DNA from: Candidatus Methanomethylicaceae archaeon
GTDB lineage: Archaea > Thermoproteota > Methanomethylicia > Methanomethylicales > Methanomethylicaceae
Assembly (NCBI GenBank): GCA_025057955.1
Contig: JANXER010000007.1
Location: 1 to 53,336 of the forward strand
Length of the DNA: 53,336 nt
Direction: 5' to 3'
The position numbers were made by a program, and so were the translations under genes. The notes under the pieces are model-generated. The model saw nothing but the letters and a program-made list of their open reading frames with translations, was not told where the DNA came from and ran no database searches. Positions 20,427-29,964 of this stretch are shown here, piece by piece (the first letter of the stretch is position 1; each line of letters opens with the position of its first letter).

Positions 20427-20619
20427 TCTTCTTCACCCTGTTACTTGTGAAATACTTAAGTGTATTAATTCATTCTGGTACTTTATAATCATTGAAAAGG
20501 CTCTAAATCGATTCAATATCTAGAATAAATAGCACTAATGTGCTCTTAAATTCTTAGGAATTTCATATTAAACTAATCCTTTTATATTATTTTGCTATTA
20601 AATCTATTTAGGTGTACAA

Positions 20620-21246
20620 TTGATAAATCTAAAATCTGTATTTAGCGACTTCATTCAACCTATGGTTCCAAGAGGACCATCTCCAGCCTTCTCTCTTGTT
20701 CATTTAATAAAAACACTTTTACTATTGGAAAATGAAAGCATGGGCCGCCAAACTCTATCAAGATATTTAAATTTGGGAGAGGGCTCAGTTAGAACTATTA
20801 TCAAAAGGCTTTCTGAAAAAGGATTAATATTTGTTGATCCCGTTGGTGGATGCTCTTTAACTGAACTTGGTCATGATTTAGTAAAAAAAATTAGAGAGGT
20901 GATAATATCAGAAAGAGAAATAAATTTGAAGGATTTTGAAATAAAATCTCAAGCTTGGGCAATACACATTAGACCTATGTTCAATATGACTATTAATATC
21001 ACAAAGCTTAGAGATATAGCTGTAAAGAATGGTGCAGATGGAATGCTAATATTTTCCTTTAGAGATTCTAAGATTTCTCTTCCGCTTGTTTATGAGGATA
21101 TTTCAAGGGATTTTCCAGAAGTAAGGGATTTACTAATTAAATCATTTGAATTAAGAGATGGAGATTTAATTTTTGTGGGTTTTGCTGAAAATAGAAAATT
21201 GGCTGAGCTAAGCACACTTGCAGCTGCTATTTCATTATTTCTATAG
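20620..21246 (+). CDS. Winged-helix transcriptional regulator (DUF4443-like)
   Basis: GP.PAF, MGRQTLSRYLNLGEGSVRTIIKRL, G..LT..G wing, LRD.AVK.GADG. Confidence 0.75.
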   Translation: MINLKSVFSDFIQPMVPRGPSPAFSLVHLIKTLLLLENESMGRQTLSRYLNLGEGSVRTIIKRLSEKGLIFVDPVGGCSLTELGHDLVKKIREVIISEREINLKDFEIKSQAWAIHIRPMFNMTINITKLRDIAVKNGADGMLIFSFRDSKISLPLVYEDISRDFPEVRDLLIKSFELRDGDLIFVGFAENRKLAELSTLAAAISLFL

Positions 21247-21304
21247 AATTTTAGAAAAATATAAATTTTAGTCCTTATTGTATTAATTTCTTGGTGTAAA
21301 AATT

Positions 21305-22276
21305 ATGAAAAAAAGTACAATTGTACTATCTATAATCCTTTTAGTACTAATAGTTTCCGCTGGTGCTTATGCTATACCCTCAATCTTCTATAAGAAAGAG
21401 AAGATAAGAGTTGGTTATCTTACTGGCGATTTACATCACTTAGCTCTTTTTGTAGCCTTAGCAAATAACTACTTCGCTGAAAGGGGATTAGAATTGGAAC
21501 TCTATGAATATGTTAATGGTCCAACGCTTATGCAACACTTCATTGCAGGTGAGCTAGATTTTGCTTATGTAGGCACACCCCCTGCATTAACAGCTAGAGC
21601 ACGTGGCATAGGTACGAACAATACAAATATTCCTGTGGTGATAGGATCAGCTAACCTCGAAGGCTCTGCACTTGTGGTTAATCCTAATATAATTAAGAAA
21701 ATCAGTGATTTGAATAATAAGAGAATTGGCACTCCTGGCACTGGAACCATACAAGATGTTATGATAACAATATATGCCAAAGCCAATAACATAACAATAA
21801 CTAAGTATCCAGGAAGAATAGCTGATTTAGTCCTTCAATATGGTAGAGGGGAAATAGATGGATTTATTGGATGGGAGCCTTTTCCATCAATGGCCATTCA
21901 TCAACATAATGCATCTATTTTACTAACTTCTCGCGATATAATGCCAAATCATCAATGTTGTGTTCTAGTCACTACTGAAAGAATGTACAATACTCGCCCT
22001 GATATCGTTGAAAGAGTAATATCAGCACACAATGTTGCAATAGATTTCATCCTTAGCAACCCATCAGCCGCTAAGAAAATTGCAGTTGAAAGAACCAAAC
22101 TCCCTGAGCCAGTAGTAGAAATGGCTTTATCAAGGATAAAATTCTCAAAAACCGTTAATGTGGAGACCATAAGGACTTTTCTCAGTGAAATGATCTCTCT
22201 AGGAATCATAAAAGAGGTTGATAGAAATCAAATAGATGAGTTTATAAGGGGATTTGTAAGAATACCAAGCAAATGA
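21305..22276 (+). CDS. NitT/TauT-family ABC transporter substrate-binding protein
   Basis: N-terminal signal/anchor; GYL..DLHH, NGP, PGTGTIQD, WEPF, HQCCVL. Confidence 0.88.
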   Translation: MKKSTIVLSIILLVLIVSAGAYAIPSIFYKKEKIRVGYLTGDLHHLALFVALANNYFAERGLELELYEYVNGPTLMQHFIAGELDFAYVGTPPALTARARGIGTNNTNIPVVIGSANLEGSALVVNPNIIKKISDLNNKRIGTPGTGTIQDVMITIYAKANNITITKYPGRIADLVLQYGRGEIDGFIGWEPFPSMAIHQHNASILLTSRDIMPNHQCCVLVTTERMYNTRPDIVERVISAHNVAIDFILSNPSAAKKIAVERTKLPEPVVEMALSRIKFSKTVNVETIRTFLSEMISLGIIKEVDRNQIDEFIRGFVRIPSK

Positions 22277-23061
22277 CACTAGTAAATAGAAGATTAATTT
22301 ACTCTCTTCTTTACTATATAATCTCCATAGCTACATTTCTTACTTTATGGGAAATTCTCGTTATTCTACTATCCAATCCATATTTTCCAAGCCCTCTATC
22401 CATCTTTAGAGCTATCACTAGAATTGCTATATTTGGCGATATAGATGGTTATACGCTGATACAGCATATCTATGCCAGCTTAGAAAGAGTAATGATTGGG
22501 TTCTTTATTGCAGTAATAACAGGAGTTCCGCTTGGACTCTTGATTGGAATATTTCCCATTGTTAGAGCTCTTTCCATTCCTGTAATAGAGCCAATACGTT
22601 TCATTCCTCCTATAGCATGGATTCCTCTTGCCATTATCCTTCTTGTAGGAATGTCAAGATATGCATTCATAATATGGGTTGGCGCATTCTTCCCCATTCT
22701 TCTTAATACCATTGCAGGTGTAAAGAGAACTTCCATAACTCTCGTTCAAATGGCAAAGACATTTGGTGCAGATAGAAATCAAATAATTATGAAAATAATT
22801 TTTCCAAGTTCTCTTCCTGAAGTTATGACTGGATTGAGGGTTGGATTAGGAGTTGGCTGGATGTGTATTGTTGCAGCAGAAATGATTGGAGGAGATCCAA
22901 TAGGCTTGGGTAGATTAATAATAAAATATGCTAATTTAATTCAAACTGATGTTGTAGTTGCTGGAATGATTTCTATAAGTCTCATAGGAATGTGTATTAA
23001 CTATATGATACTAGCTCTTGAGAAGAGAATGTTCAAATGGAGGGTTGAGGTGACCACATGA
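22273..23061 (+). CDS. NitT/TauT-family ABC transporter permease
   Basis: SLERV..GF, IPPIAWIPL, EAA-like loop AKTFGA, GLRVGLGVGW..IVAAEM. Confidence 0.92.
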   Translation: MTLVNRRLIYSLLYYIISIATFLTLWEILVILLSNPYFPSPLSIFRAITRIAIFGDIDGYTLIQHIYASLERVMIGFFIAVITGVPLGLLIGIFPIVRALSIPVIEPIRFIPPIAWIPLAIILLVGMSRYAFIIWVGAFFPILLNTIAGVKRTSITLVQMAKTFGADRNQIIMKIIFPSSLPEVMTGLRVGLGVGWMCIVAAEMIGGDPIGLGRLIIKYANLIQTDVVVAGMISISLIGMCINYMILALEKRMFKWRVEVTT

Positions 23062-23823
23062 TTGGCAGAGGATGAAATTATCATAGATTCCATATCCAAA
23101 TCATTTAAGCAAGGATCTCAAACTCTTGAAGTAATAAAAGAAGTTTCCTTCAATGTAAGTAGAGGGGAATTTATATGCATTGTAGGGCCATCTGGCTGTG
23201 GAAAAACAACTTTATTGAAAATGATTTGTGGATTAGAACCTCCAACACTAGGTAGAATTTTAATAAGAGGAAATCCTCCAAATCCAAAGGTACATAAATT
23301 TGGTGTAATATTTCAAGAGGATTCTCTAATGCCTTGGAGAAATGTAATGAATAATATAAAGTTTGGATTAGAAATAAGAGGAATGGATGAGATAAAAGCT
23401 AAGCAAATAGCTGAAAAGTATATTGAAATTGTTGGTCTAAAGGGTTTTGAGAATTACTATCCTCATCAATTATCTGGTGGTATGAAAAAGAGAGTTGCAA
23501 TTGCTAGGGCTTTAGCGATAGATCCGGATTTGATATTAATGGATGAACCCTTTGCTGATTTAGATGCTCAAACTAGATCCTTTATGCAAAAGGAGCTCTT
23601 TAGAATATGGTCTGGGCTTAATAAAACTATAATTTTCATAACGCATAATGTGGAGGAAGCCGTCTTCTTAGCTCAAAGAGTTATTATTATGACTAGGCGA
23701 CCAAGTAGAGTGAAAGCTATAATAAAAATAGATTTACCTCATCCTAGAAATAGACTGAGCCCTCCATTTATCTCCTATAGAGAGAAGATATTAAATATGT
23801 TTCATGAAGAGATATGGGGGTGA
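23062..23823 (+). CDS. NitT/TauT-family ABC transporter ATP-binding protein
   Basis: GPSGCGKTT, FQE..LMPW, LSGGMKKR, MDEPF, THNVEEAVFL. Confidence 0.93.
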   Translation: MAEDEIIIDSISKSFKQGSQTLEVIKEVSFNVSRGEFICIVGPSGCGKTTLLKMICGLEPPTLGRILIRGNPPNPKVHKFGVIFQEDSLMPWRNVMNNIKFGLEIRGMDEIKAKQIAEKYIEIVGLKGFENYYPHQLSGGMKKRVAIARALAIDPDLILMDEPFADLDAQTRSFMQKELFRIWSGLNKTIIFITHNVEEAVFLAQRVIIMTRRPSRVKAIIKIDLPHPRNRLSPPFISYREKILNMFHEEIWG

Positions 23824-24373
23824 TTCTATAGAGGAGAAAAGTATAGTTGAGGAATTAATTGATTCATTACTAATTTCTAACGAAGAGTTCTCCTCTACTC
23901 TGCGTTCTATAATGAAGCGAAAGAATATTTCATTGAAAGAATTAAGTCAAGGGTGTAACATACCAATTAGTACATTGAATAAAATAATAAGCGAATCTAG
24001 AGATTTGAGAATCTCCACCCTTAGAGCCATTATTAATTATTTCAAATCATTGGAATCCCTTTCCTCTGATATAGTCATTGGTGTAATTGCCTCAAGAATT
24101 TGTTTAGATACATTATCGAAACATCAAATCTATGTGAAAGATAAAAAAGTTCTTATTAAGGAGTATCCAGTAGCAACAATAGAGGATGCTATAATAAGTG
24201 CAATAAGAGCTACACGAGATGGAGTTCATGGAATAGTTTGTGCACCAATAGTTGCAAGCATAATAGAGAAGTTCTTAAAGGTACCAATAGTTTGCATAAA
24301 GGTTGGTGAGATCAACGTTTTAGAATCAATTAATCTACTTGTGGATAAAATAATTTCACAGAAATCCTCTTAA
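23804..24373 (+). CDS. XRE-type HTH transcriptional regulator of a methanogen-associated family; start possibly ATA 23828
   Basis: SLKELSQGCNIPISTLNKII..RDLRISTLR HTH; C-terminal IGVIASR, EY...IEDAII, GIVCAPIV domain. Confidence 0.75.
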   Translation: MKRYGGDSIEEKSIVEELIDSLLISNEEFSSTLRSIMKRKNISLKELSQGCNIPISTLNKIISESRDLRISTLRAIINYFKSLESLSSDIVIGVIASRICLDTLSKHQIYVKDKKVLIKEYPVATIEDAIISAIRATRDGVHGIVCAPIVASIIEKFLKVPIVCIKVGEINVLESINLLVDKIISQKSS

Positions 24374-24425
24374 TTTTTTGTTTCAAATGAAATAATTGAT
24401 CAATAATTAGCAAAACCCCACTAGA

Positions 24426-24441
24426 TGAATACTTTTAAATA
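24426..24441 (+). promoter_or_regulatory. Putative BRE/TATA promoter of mcrBGA
   Basis: TTTAAATA at 24434-24441 with a purine-rich stretch just upstream, about 50 nt before mcrB ATG 24489; GTGAGGA RBS-like sequence before the start. Confidence 0.55.
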
Positions 24442-24488
24442 CTCCCCATAATTCTACTTATCTCAAAAGCATAGTGAGGATGGAATTT

Positions 24489-25823
24489 ATGGCAAAGTAT
24501 ATGGACAAAATTGATCTCTATGACGATCGTGGAAGGCTTTTTGATACCAATGTTCCATTGGAGGCAATAAGTCCACTCAAGAATCCAGCAATTCAGAAAA
24601 TAATTAACAATATAAAGCAATTTGTGGCAGTAAATCTTGAAGGCATAGAAAAGGCCTTATCGATAGGAGAGGTTGGTGGAAAGTTCTGTATTATAAGAGG
24701 AAGAACACTAAAGCTAGATTTAGTAAAAAATGCAGAAGCCATCGCTGAGGATTTGAAGAAATGTCTTCAAGTTGATAAGGAAGATGATACTGATGTTAGA
24801 GCAATAAAGGGAGGAAAGTACTTACTAGTTAGAGTTCCAAAGAGAAGATTGGATGCTGGTGTTGAATATACAACAGGTGTAACAGCAGTTGCTGCTGCTC
24901 TTTGCTGTATAATAATACAAAGATTTAACGTCAGCATATGGGATGCTGATTTAATACATACGGCAGTTTGGGGAAGATATCCTCAAACCATGGATATGCT
25001 AGGAGGCAATGTTTCCTCGCTATTAGCAGTACCACAACAAAATGAAGGTATGGGATATGCGCTTAGAAATATTCCATGTGCTAGCATTGCTCTTATAACA
25101 AGGAAAAATGCAATGAATGCTGCAGCATTGGCAGCCATATTAGAACAGACTGCTATGTTTGAGATGGGTGATGCTATAGGAAACTTTGAACGATATCATC
25201 TATTGGGATTAGCTTATCAAGGATTAAATGCCAATAATTTAGTATATGATTTAGTTAAGGAAAATGGAAAAGATGGAACACTTGGAAGCGTAGTTATTTC
25301 CACTGTGAAAAGAGCTTTAGCAGATGGTGTAATAAGACCGCTTAGTAAAATGCCCTCTGGCTATACCCTATATACAACTGATGACTTGAATAAATGGAAT
25401 GCTTATGCTGCTGCAGGATTATTAGCTGCAACCATGGTAACATGTGGTGCAGCTAGAGCTATGCAACATATTCCCTCTGTGCTAATTTACTTCAATGACT
25501 TAATTGAAAGAGAAACTGGTTTGCCTGGTGTGGATTTTGGAAGAGTTGCAGGAACTGGAGTTGAAATGGCCTTCTTCAGCCACTCAATTTATGGAGGAGG
25601 AAATCCTGCAGTGTTTCATGGAAATCATATAGTAACAAGGCATAGTAAGGGTTTTGCTATACCATGTGTAGCTGCAGCTGTAGCATTAGACGCTGGAACT
25701 ACAATTTACAGCCCTGAAAAGATTAGTGGAATTGTTGGAGAAGTCTTAAGCGAAGTACCTGAACTTAGAGAACCATTGCGTTATGTTAATGAAGCCGCAG
25801 TTTCTATAAAAGGAGGTGTTTAA
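24489..25823 (+). CDS. mcrB: Methyl-coenzyme M reductase beta subunit
   Basis: [62 protein letters not shown]. Confidence 0.98.
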   Translation: MAKYMDKIDLYDDRGRLFDTNVPLEAISPLKNPAIQKIINNIKQFVAVNLEGIEKALSIGEVGGKFCIIRGRTLKLDLVKNAEAIAEDLKKCLQVDKEDDTDVRAIKGGKYLLVRVPKRRLDAGVEYTTGVTAVAAALCCIIIQRFNVSIWDADLIHTAVWGRYPQTMDMLGGNVSSLLAVPQQNEGMGYALRNIPCASIALITRKNAMNAAALAAILEQTAMFEMGDAIGNFERYHLLGLAYQGLNANNLVYDLVKENGKDGTLGSVVISTVKRALADGVIRPLSKMPSGYTLYTTDDLNKWNAYAAAGLLAATMVTCGAARAMQHIPSVLIYFNDLIERETGLPGVDFGRVAGTGVEMAFFSHSIYGGGNPAVFHGNHIVTRHSKGFAIPCVAAAVALDAGTTIYSPEKISGIVGEVLSEVPELREPLRYVNEAAVSIKGGV

Positions 25824-25824
25824 G

Positions 25825-26601
25825 ATGATAGATTATAAGCCACAATATTATCCTGGATCATCCATTATAGCTGCTAATAGAAGAAAATACATCAATCCAA
25901 ATTATAAATTGGAAAAATTAAGATCCATAAGTGATGAGGATTTGGTCAGATTATTGGGACATAGAGCTCCAGGAGAGGCATATAAAAGTGTTCATCCACC
26001 ACTTGAGGAGATGGGAGAGCCAGAGTGTCCAATTAGACGATTAGTTGAACCTACGCCAGGTGCTAAAGCAGGAGATAGAATTAGATATGTACAGTTCACA
26101 GATTCAGTATACTTTGCTCCATTGGCTCCATATATGAGAGCATGGATGGGGCACTATAGATATCGAGGTGTGGATATAGGCGTACTATCTGGTAGAGTTC
26201 CATTGGAAGCAAGGGAACGCGATTTAGAGAAAGTAGCAAAGGAGCTTATAGAGACAGAAGTCTTCGATCCAGCAAGAGTAGGAATAAGAGGCGCCACTGT
26301 ACATGGCCATGCCTTAAGATTGGATGAAAATGGCATGATGTTCGATGCTCTGAGAAGATATCAGCTTGATAAGACCACTGGTGAAGTGGTATACGTTAAG
26401 GATCAAGTAGGCGTACCATTAGATAAGCCAATAACTCTTGGAAAACCAATGCCAGAGGATGAATTGAGAAAGAGAACCAGCGAATTTAGAGTGGATGGTG
26501 TAAGCTTTAGAACTGATGATGAACTCATAAGATTTATACAGAGGATTCATATATTAAGAACAGAAGCAGGTTTTGATCCAAATAAAGTTAAAGGAGTATA
26601 G
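25825..26601 (+). CDS. mcrG: Methyl-coenzyme M reductase gamma subunit
   Basis: [48 protein letters not shown]; GGAGGTG RBS before ATG 25825. Confidence 0.98.
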   Translation: MIDYKPQYYPGSSIIAANRRKYINPNYKLEKLRSISDEDLVRLLGHRAPGEAYKSVHPPLEEMGEPECPIRRLVEPTPGAKAGDRIRYVQFTDSVYFAPLAPYMRAWMGHYRYRGVDIGVLSGRVPLEARERDLEKVAKELIETEVFDPARVGIRGATVHGHALRLDENGMMFDALRRYQLDKTTGEVVYVKDQVGVPLDKPITLGKPMPEDELRKRTSEFRVDGVSFRTDDELIRFIQRIHILRTEAGFDPNKVKGV

Positions 26602-26612
26602 GGGGTGGGTTT

Positions 26613-28280
26613 ATGAGTGAGGAGAAAAAGTTTATAGAAGCTCTAAGGAGAAAATTTAAAGAAGCTCCCGAGGAGAAATTTACTAAGTTCTACATATATG
26701 ATGGATGGAAGCAATCTAAGAGGAAAAGAGAATTTGTAGAAATTGCTCAAAAAATAGCAAAGGAAAGGAGAATTCCATTCTATAATCCAGATCTTCACCT
26801 AGGAGGCATTCCATTAGGCCAAAGAGTTTTAATGCCCTACAGACTATCAGGAACCGATATATACTGCGAGGGTGATGATCTTCACTTCATTAATAATGCT
26901 GCAATGCAGCAAATGTGGCATGATATTAGACGAACTGTCATAGTTGGCTTAGATGCTGCTCATATGGTCTTAACTAAGAGGCTTGGTAAAGAAGTAACCC
27001 CTGAAACTATAAATCACTACTTGGAAGTATTGAATCATGCCTTGCCTGGTGCTGCCGTAGTTCAAGAACATATGGTTGAAACACATCCTGGTCTTGTCGC
27101 AGATAGCTATGTGAAAGTGTTCACTGGTGATGATGAGCTAGCGGATGAAATTGATGATAGATTTCTAATAGACATCAATAAGGAGTTTCCATCAGATCAT
27201 GCTCAACAGCTAAAGGCAGCTATTGGAAAGAGACTCTATCAAGTTTGTAGAATGCCAACAATTGTTGCTATGACTTGTGATGGAGCTACCATGTCGAGAT
27301 GGGCTGCTATGCAAATTTCAATGTCTATGATTAATGCCTATAAGCTAATGGCAGGTGAAGCTGCTGTAGCAGAATTTGCATTTGCTGCAAAGCATGCTGA
27401 ATTAATTGAAATGGGTACTTTAATGCCTTGGAGAAGAGCCAGAGGTCCTAATGAGCCTGGGGGTATTCCACTAGGATATATTGCAGATATATGTCAAGCT
27501 TCCAGGGTTAAGCCAGAAGATCCCGTTTGGGTTGCTCTTGAGGCAATATCCATGGGTGCAGTATTATATGATCAATTCTGGTTCGGTAGCTATATGTCTG
27601 GTGGCGTAGGATTCACACAATATGCTACATGCACTTACACAGATAATATACTTGATGACTTCTGCTATTATGGTGCAGATTATGTGAAGAAGAAATATGG
27701 TGGATTTGCTAAAGTTAAACCAAATTGGGATATTATTAAGGATATAGCAACAGAAGTATCCATATATGGATTAGAGCAATACGAGAGATTTCCAGCATTA
27801 ATGGAAACTCACTTTGGAGGATCTCAGAGAGCTGCTGTAGTAGCTGCTGCAGCAGGAGTATCTGTGGCTTTAGCAACTGGTCATTCTACTGCTGGTGTAA
27901 ATGCATGGTATTTGAGCCAATTATTACATAAGGAAGAGATGGGTAGACTTGGATTCTATGGCTATGATTGTCAAGATCAATGCGGCTCTACAAATAGTTT
28001 CTCATGGAGAAGTGATGAAGGCTTAGTTTTCAATTTAAGAGGAGTTAACTATCCCAATTATGCAATGAATGTAGGCCATCAATCTGCATACACTGGAATA
28101 ATTTCAGCGGCTCATGGTGGAAGAGGAGACGCATGGACAACCAATCCATTAATTAAAGTAGCATTTGCTGACAAGGATTTGAAGTTTGACTTCACACATC
28201 CAAGGCTATGCTTTGGAAAGGGCGCTCTTAGAGAATTCATGCCTGCAGGAGAAAGAGATCTCATAATTCCAAGCCACTAA
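26613..28280 (+). CDS. mcrA: Methyl-coenzyme M reductase alpha subunit
   Basis: VVQEHM (axial Ni ligand Gln), [61 protein letters not shown]. Confidence 0.99.
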   Translation: MSEEKKFIEALRRKFKEAPEEKFTKFYIYDGWKQSKRKREFVEIAQKIAKERRIPFYNPDLHLGGIPLGQRVLMPYRLSGTDIYCEGDDLHFINNAAMQQMWHDIRRTVIVGLDAAHMVLTKRLGKEVTPETINHYLEVLNHALPGAAVVQEHMVETHPGLVADSYVKVFTGDDELADEIDDRFLIDINKEFPSDHAQQLKAAIGKRLYQVCRMPTIVAMTCDGATMSRWAAMQISMSMINAYKLMAGEAAVAEFAFAAKHAELIEMGTLMPWRRARGPNEPGGIPLGYIADICQASRVKPEDPVWVALEAISMGAVLYDQFWFGSYMSGGVGFTQYATCTYTDNILDDFCYYGADYVKKKYGGFAKVKPNWDIIKDIATEVSIYGLEQYERFPALMETHFGGSQRAAVVAAAAGVSVALATGHSTAGVNAWYLSQLLHKEEMGRLGFYGYDCQDQCGSTNSFSWRSDEGLVFNLRGVNYPNYAMNVGHQSAYTGIISAAHGGRGDAWTTNPLIKVAFADKDLKFDFTHPRLCFGKGALREFMPAGERDLIIPSH

Positions 28281-28292
28281 TTTCTCTTTTTT
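28281..28292 (+). terminator. Putative archaeal oligo-T terminator after mcrA
   Basis: tttctctttttt immediately after the stop codon. Confidence 0.45.
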
Positions 28293-28310
28293 ATAAGAAA
28301 TGAATTTTTT

Positions 28311-28943
28311 ATGAGTAATGGATTTTTAGCTTTAAAGAGAATTATTGAAACTATATTTGATATCTTTACATTATCACCAAAGGAAGCAAGAGAGAAGTAT
28401 GATGAATTTCCTAATTTTGCTGAACAAATTGCAAAATTATTTCAAGAGGATCGCCTTTTTGAAATACCAGAAAGATTAAACTTACAATTGGAAATTGTGA
28501 AATCCTTTAGTCCAAAAGTTCGCCCTGCCCTTGATCCATATACTTCATTACAAATTGGTGTATTCAATAAGAATTTCTCAGATTGGGAAATTGGAAGATT
28601 TTTAAACTATCCTGAATGTTGCATAAGATCCTTTATTGAAGAGATTAGATATGGCTTTGATGAAAGGCATTTGAATGAATTGAAGACATTGAGTAGAGAT
28701 TGCATTTTCATAACCACGGCTGGTTTTATTCCTCATAGCATATTTTGTGAAAAATCCATTGAAACAGGATTGGCATCTATAATCAAGTATAATGAGCTTC
28801 TACTGTTAGAAGAACTAGAAGAAGAATTAGCAAAAGCTTTACCTCATTCCCATCCAGAGTATTGGCATCATTATTATGATGTTTTGAAATTTGATACATC
28901 ACATATTATTTTTGGGAGATCTTCTAAGGATTCGATTATATAA
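28311..28943 (+). CDS. DUF483-like protein (Cys/His-rich)
   Basis: RPALD, GRFLNYPECCIRSF, GFIPHS..C, PHSHPEYWHHYY. Confidence 0.65.
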   Translation: MSNGFLALKRIIETIFDIFTLSPKEAREKYDEFPNFAEQIAKLFQEDRLFEIPERLNLQLEIVKSFSPKVRPALDPYTSLQIGVFNKNFSDWEIGRFLNYPECCIRSFIEEIRYGFDERHLNELKTLSRDCIFITTAGFIPHSIFCEKSIETGLASIIKYNELLLLEELEEELAKALPHSHPEYWHHYYDVLKFDTSHIIFGRSSKDSII

Positions 28944-29623
28944 TCAACATCATGAGGAGAATATTCTCCCTCTCTATTTACAAATACAGAAACATCAGCT
29001 ACTCTCATTGCCATTAAATCATTTATATCATTTCCCACCATAACTACACATGCATAGAATGCTTTTAGCTTTTTAACAAACTCCATTTTATCTTGTGGAG
29101 AAGCATTGTATAAAACAAATTGTTTATTTATTTTCAATATTTCTGCACATTTCAATGTAGCCCTTTTACAATTTCCTGTGGCTATAAACAAGTCGCTCAT
29201 TTTCTTTATTTCATTCAAGATTTTTTTCAAATCCTCGTATATTCTCCCGCCTAATCCCACGCAATATATAGGCTCCCCATGGTTATCTAATATAAGTGCT
29301 ATGCAAGTTCCTATCTCAGAGCCACAATGTTTATCTGCTAAACCTTCAACCTCCTTTAAAGCCTTCAAAATCTCTTCTTTTAATATAATGTTTTCATCAA
29401 TTTTCGGTGGGGCTTTTGAAAAAGCACAGCTTATCTTAAGAAGGGGTTTTTGTTTTTCTATTCTCCTTAAATCTCCTTCTATATTTAGTAAATAGCCATC
29501 AACTTCCCTTACAAGCTTCAGAGTATTTACATGATATAATAATCTTTCATTTTTTATATCAAAAGCTATTCTACAAGGTTTTAAAATAGTTCCAGATTTA
29601 TCTAATATCAAAGCTACCCTCAA
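28874..29623 (-). CDS. HAD-superfamily hydrolase (soluble P-type ATPase-like)
   Basis: LDKSGT motif I, IATGN motif II, K, MVGNDIND..AM..AD motif IV; probable TTG start at 29623. Confidence 0.8.
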   Translation of the reverse strand: MRVALILDKSGTILKPCRIAFDIKNERLLYHVNTLKLVREVDGYLLNIEGDLRRIEKQKPLLKISCAFSKAPPKIDENIILKEEILKALKEVEGLADKHCGSEIGTCIALILDNHGEPIYCVGLGGRIYEDLKKILNEIKKMSDLFIATGNCKRATLKCAEILKINKQFVLYNASPQDKMEFVKKLKAFYACVVMVGNDINDLMAMRVADVSVFVNREGEYSPHDVDYIIESLEDLPKIICDVSNFKTS

Positions 29624-29625
29624 AT

Positions 29626-29913
29626 CTATCCTGCACCACATACTCCAGCGCTTGAATCAATGGTCTCTTCATCTCTTATTTGCTCTTCTCTCTCAGCTTT
29701 TCTCTCAATTTTATGCTCTACCTTCTGTTGATTATGAGCAGAGAGTTGCTTTGACTCAATTACCTCTAAGAAATCAGCATCATATAGAAGATCAGTAGTA
29801 TCTAGTCTTGCCCAAAGCTTTCCATCCATGTTTTTAAATTCTATGATTCTACCAATGGTACCTGTTCTCCTATATATTACCATGGATCCCTCTTTAATCT
29901 TCAACACCCCCAA
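29626..29913 (-). CDS. DUF2098 protein (MCR activation complex small subunit)
   Basis: G..V.Y.RTGT.G.I, WARLDTTDLLY...LE, C-terminal CGAG; methanogenesis gene context. Confidence 0.8.
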   Translation of the reverse strand: MGVLKIKEGSMVIYRRTGTIGRIIEFKNMDGKLWARLDTTDLLYDADFLEVIESKQLSAHNQQKVEHKIERKAEREEQIRDEETIDSSAGVCGAG

Positions 29914-29964
29914 AATCTTTAATATAAAATTCTACTTTTTTCCTTATTAATCTGAGGGACTATT

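Noticed and set aside
26613-28280. McrA as an alkyl-CoM reductase (alkane-activating)
   Set aside because: Canonical methane-type residues are intact (VVQEHM, GFTQYA, FYG, McrB HSIYGGG) and there are no large insertions.
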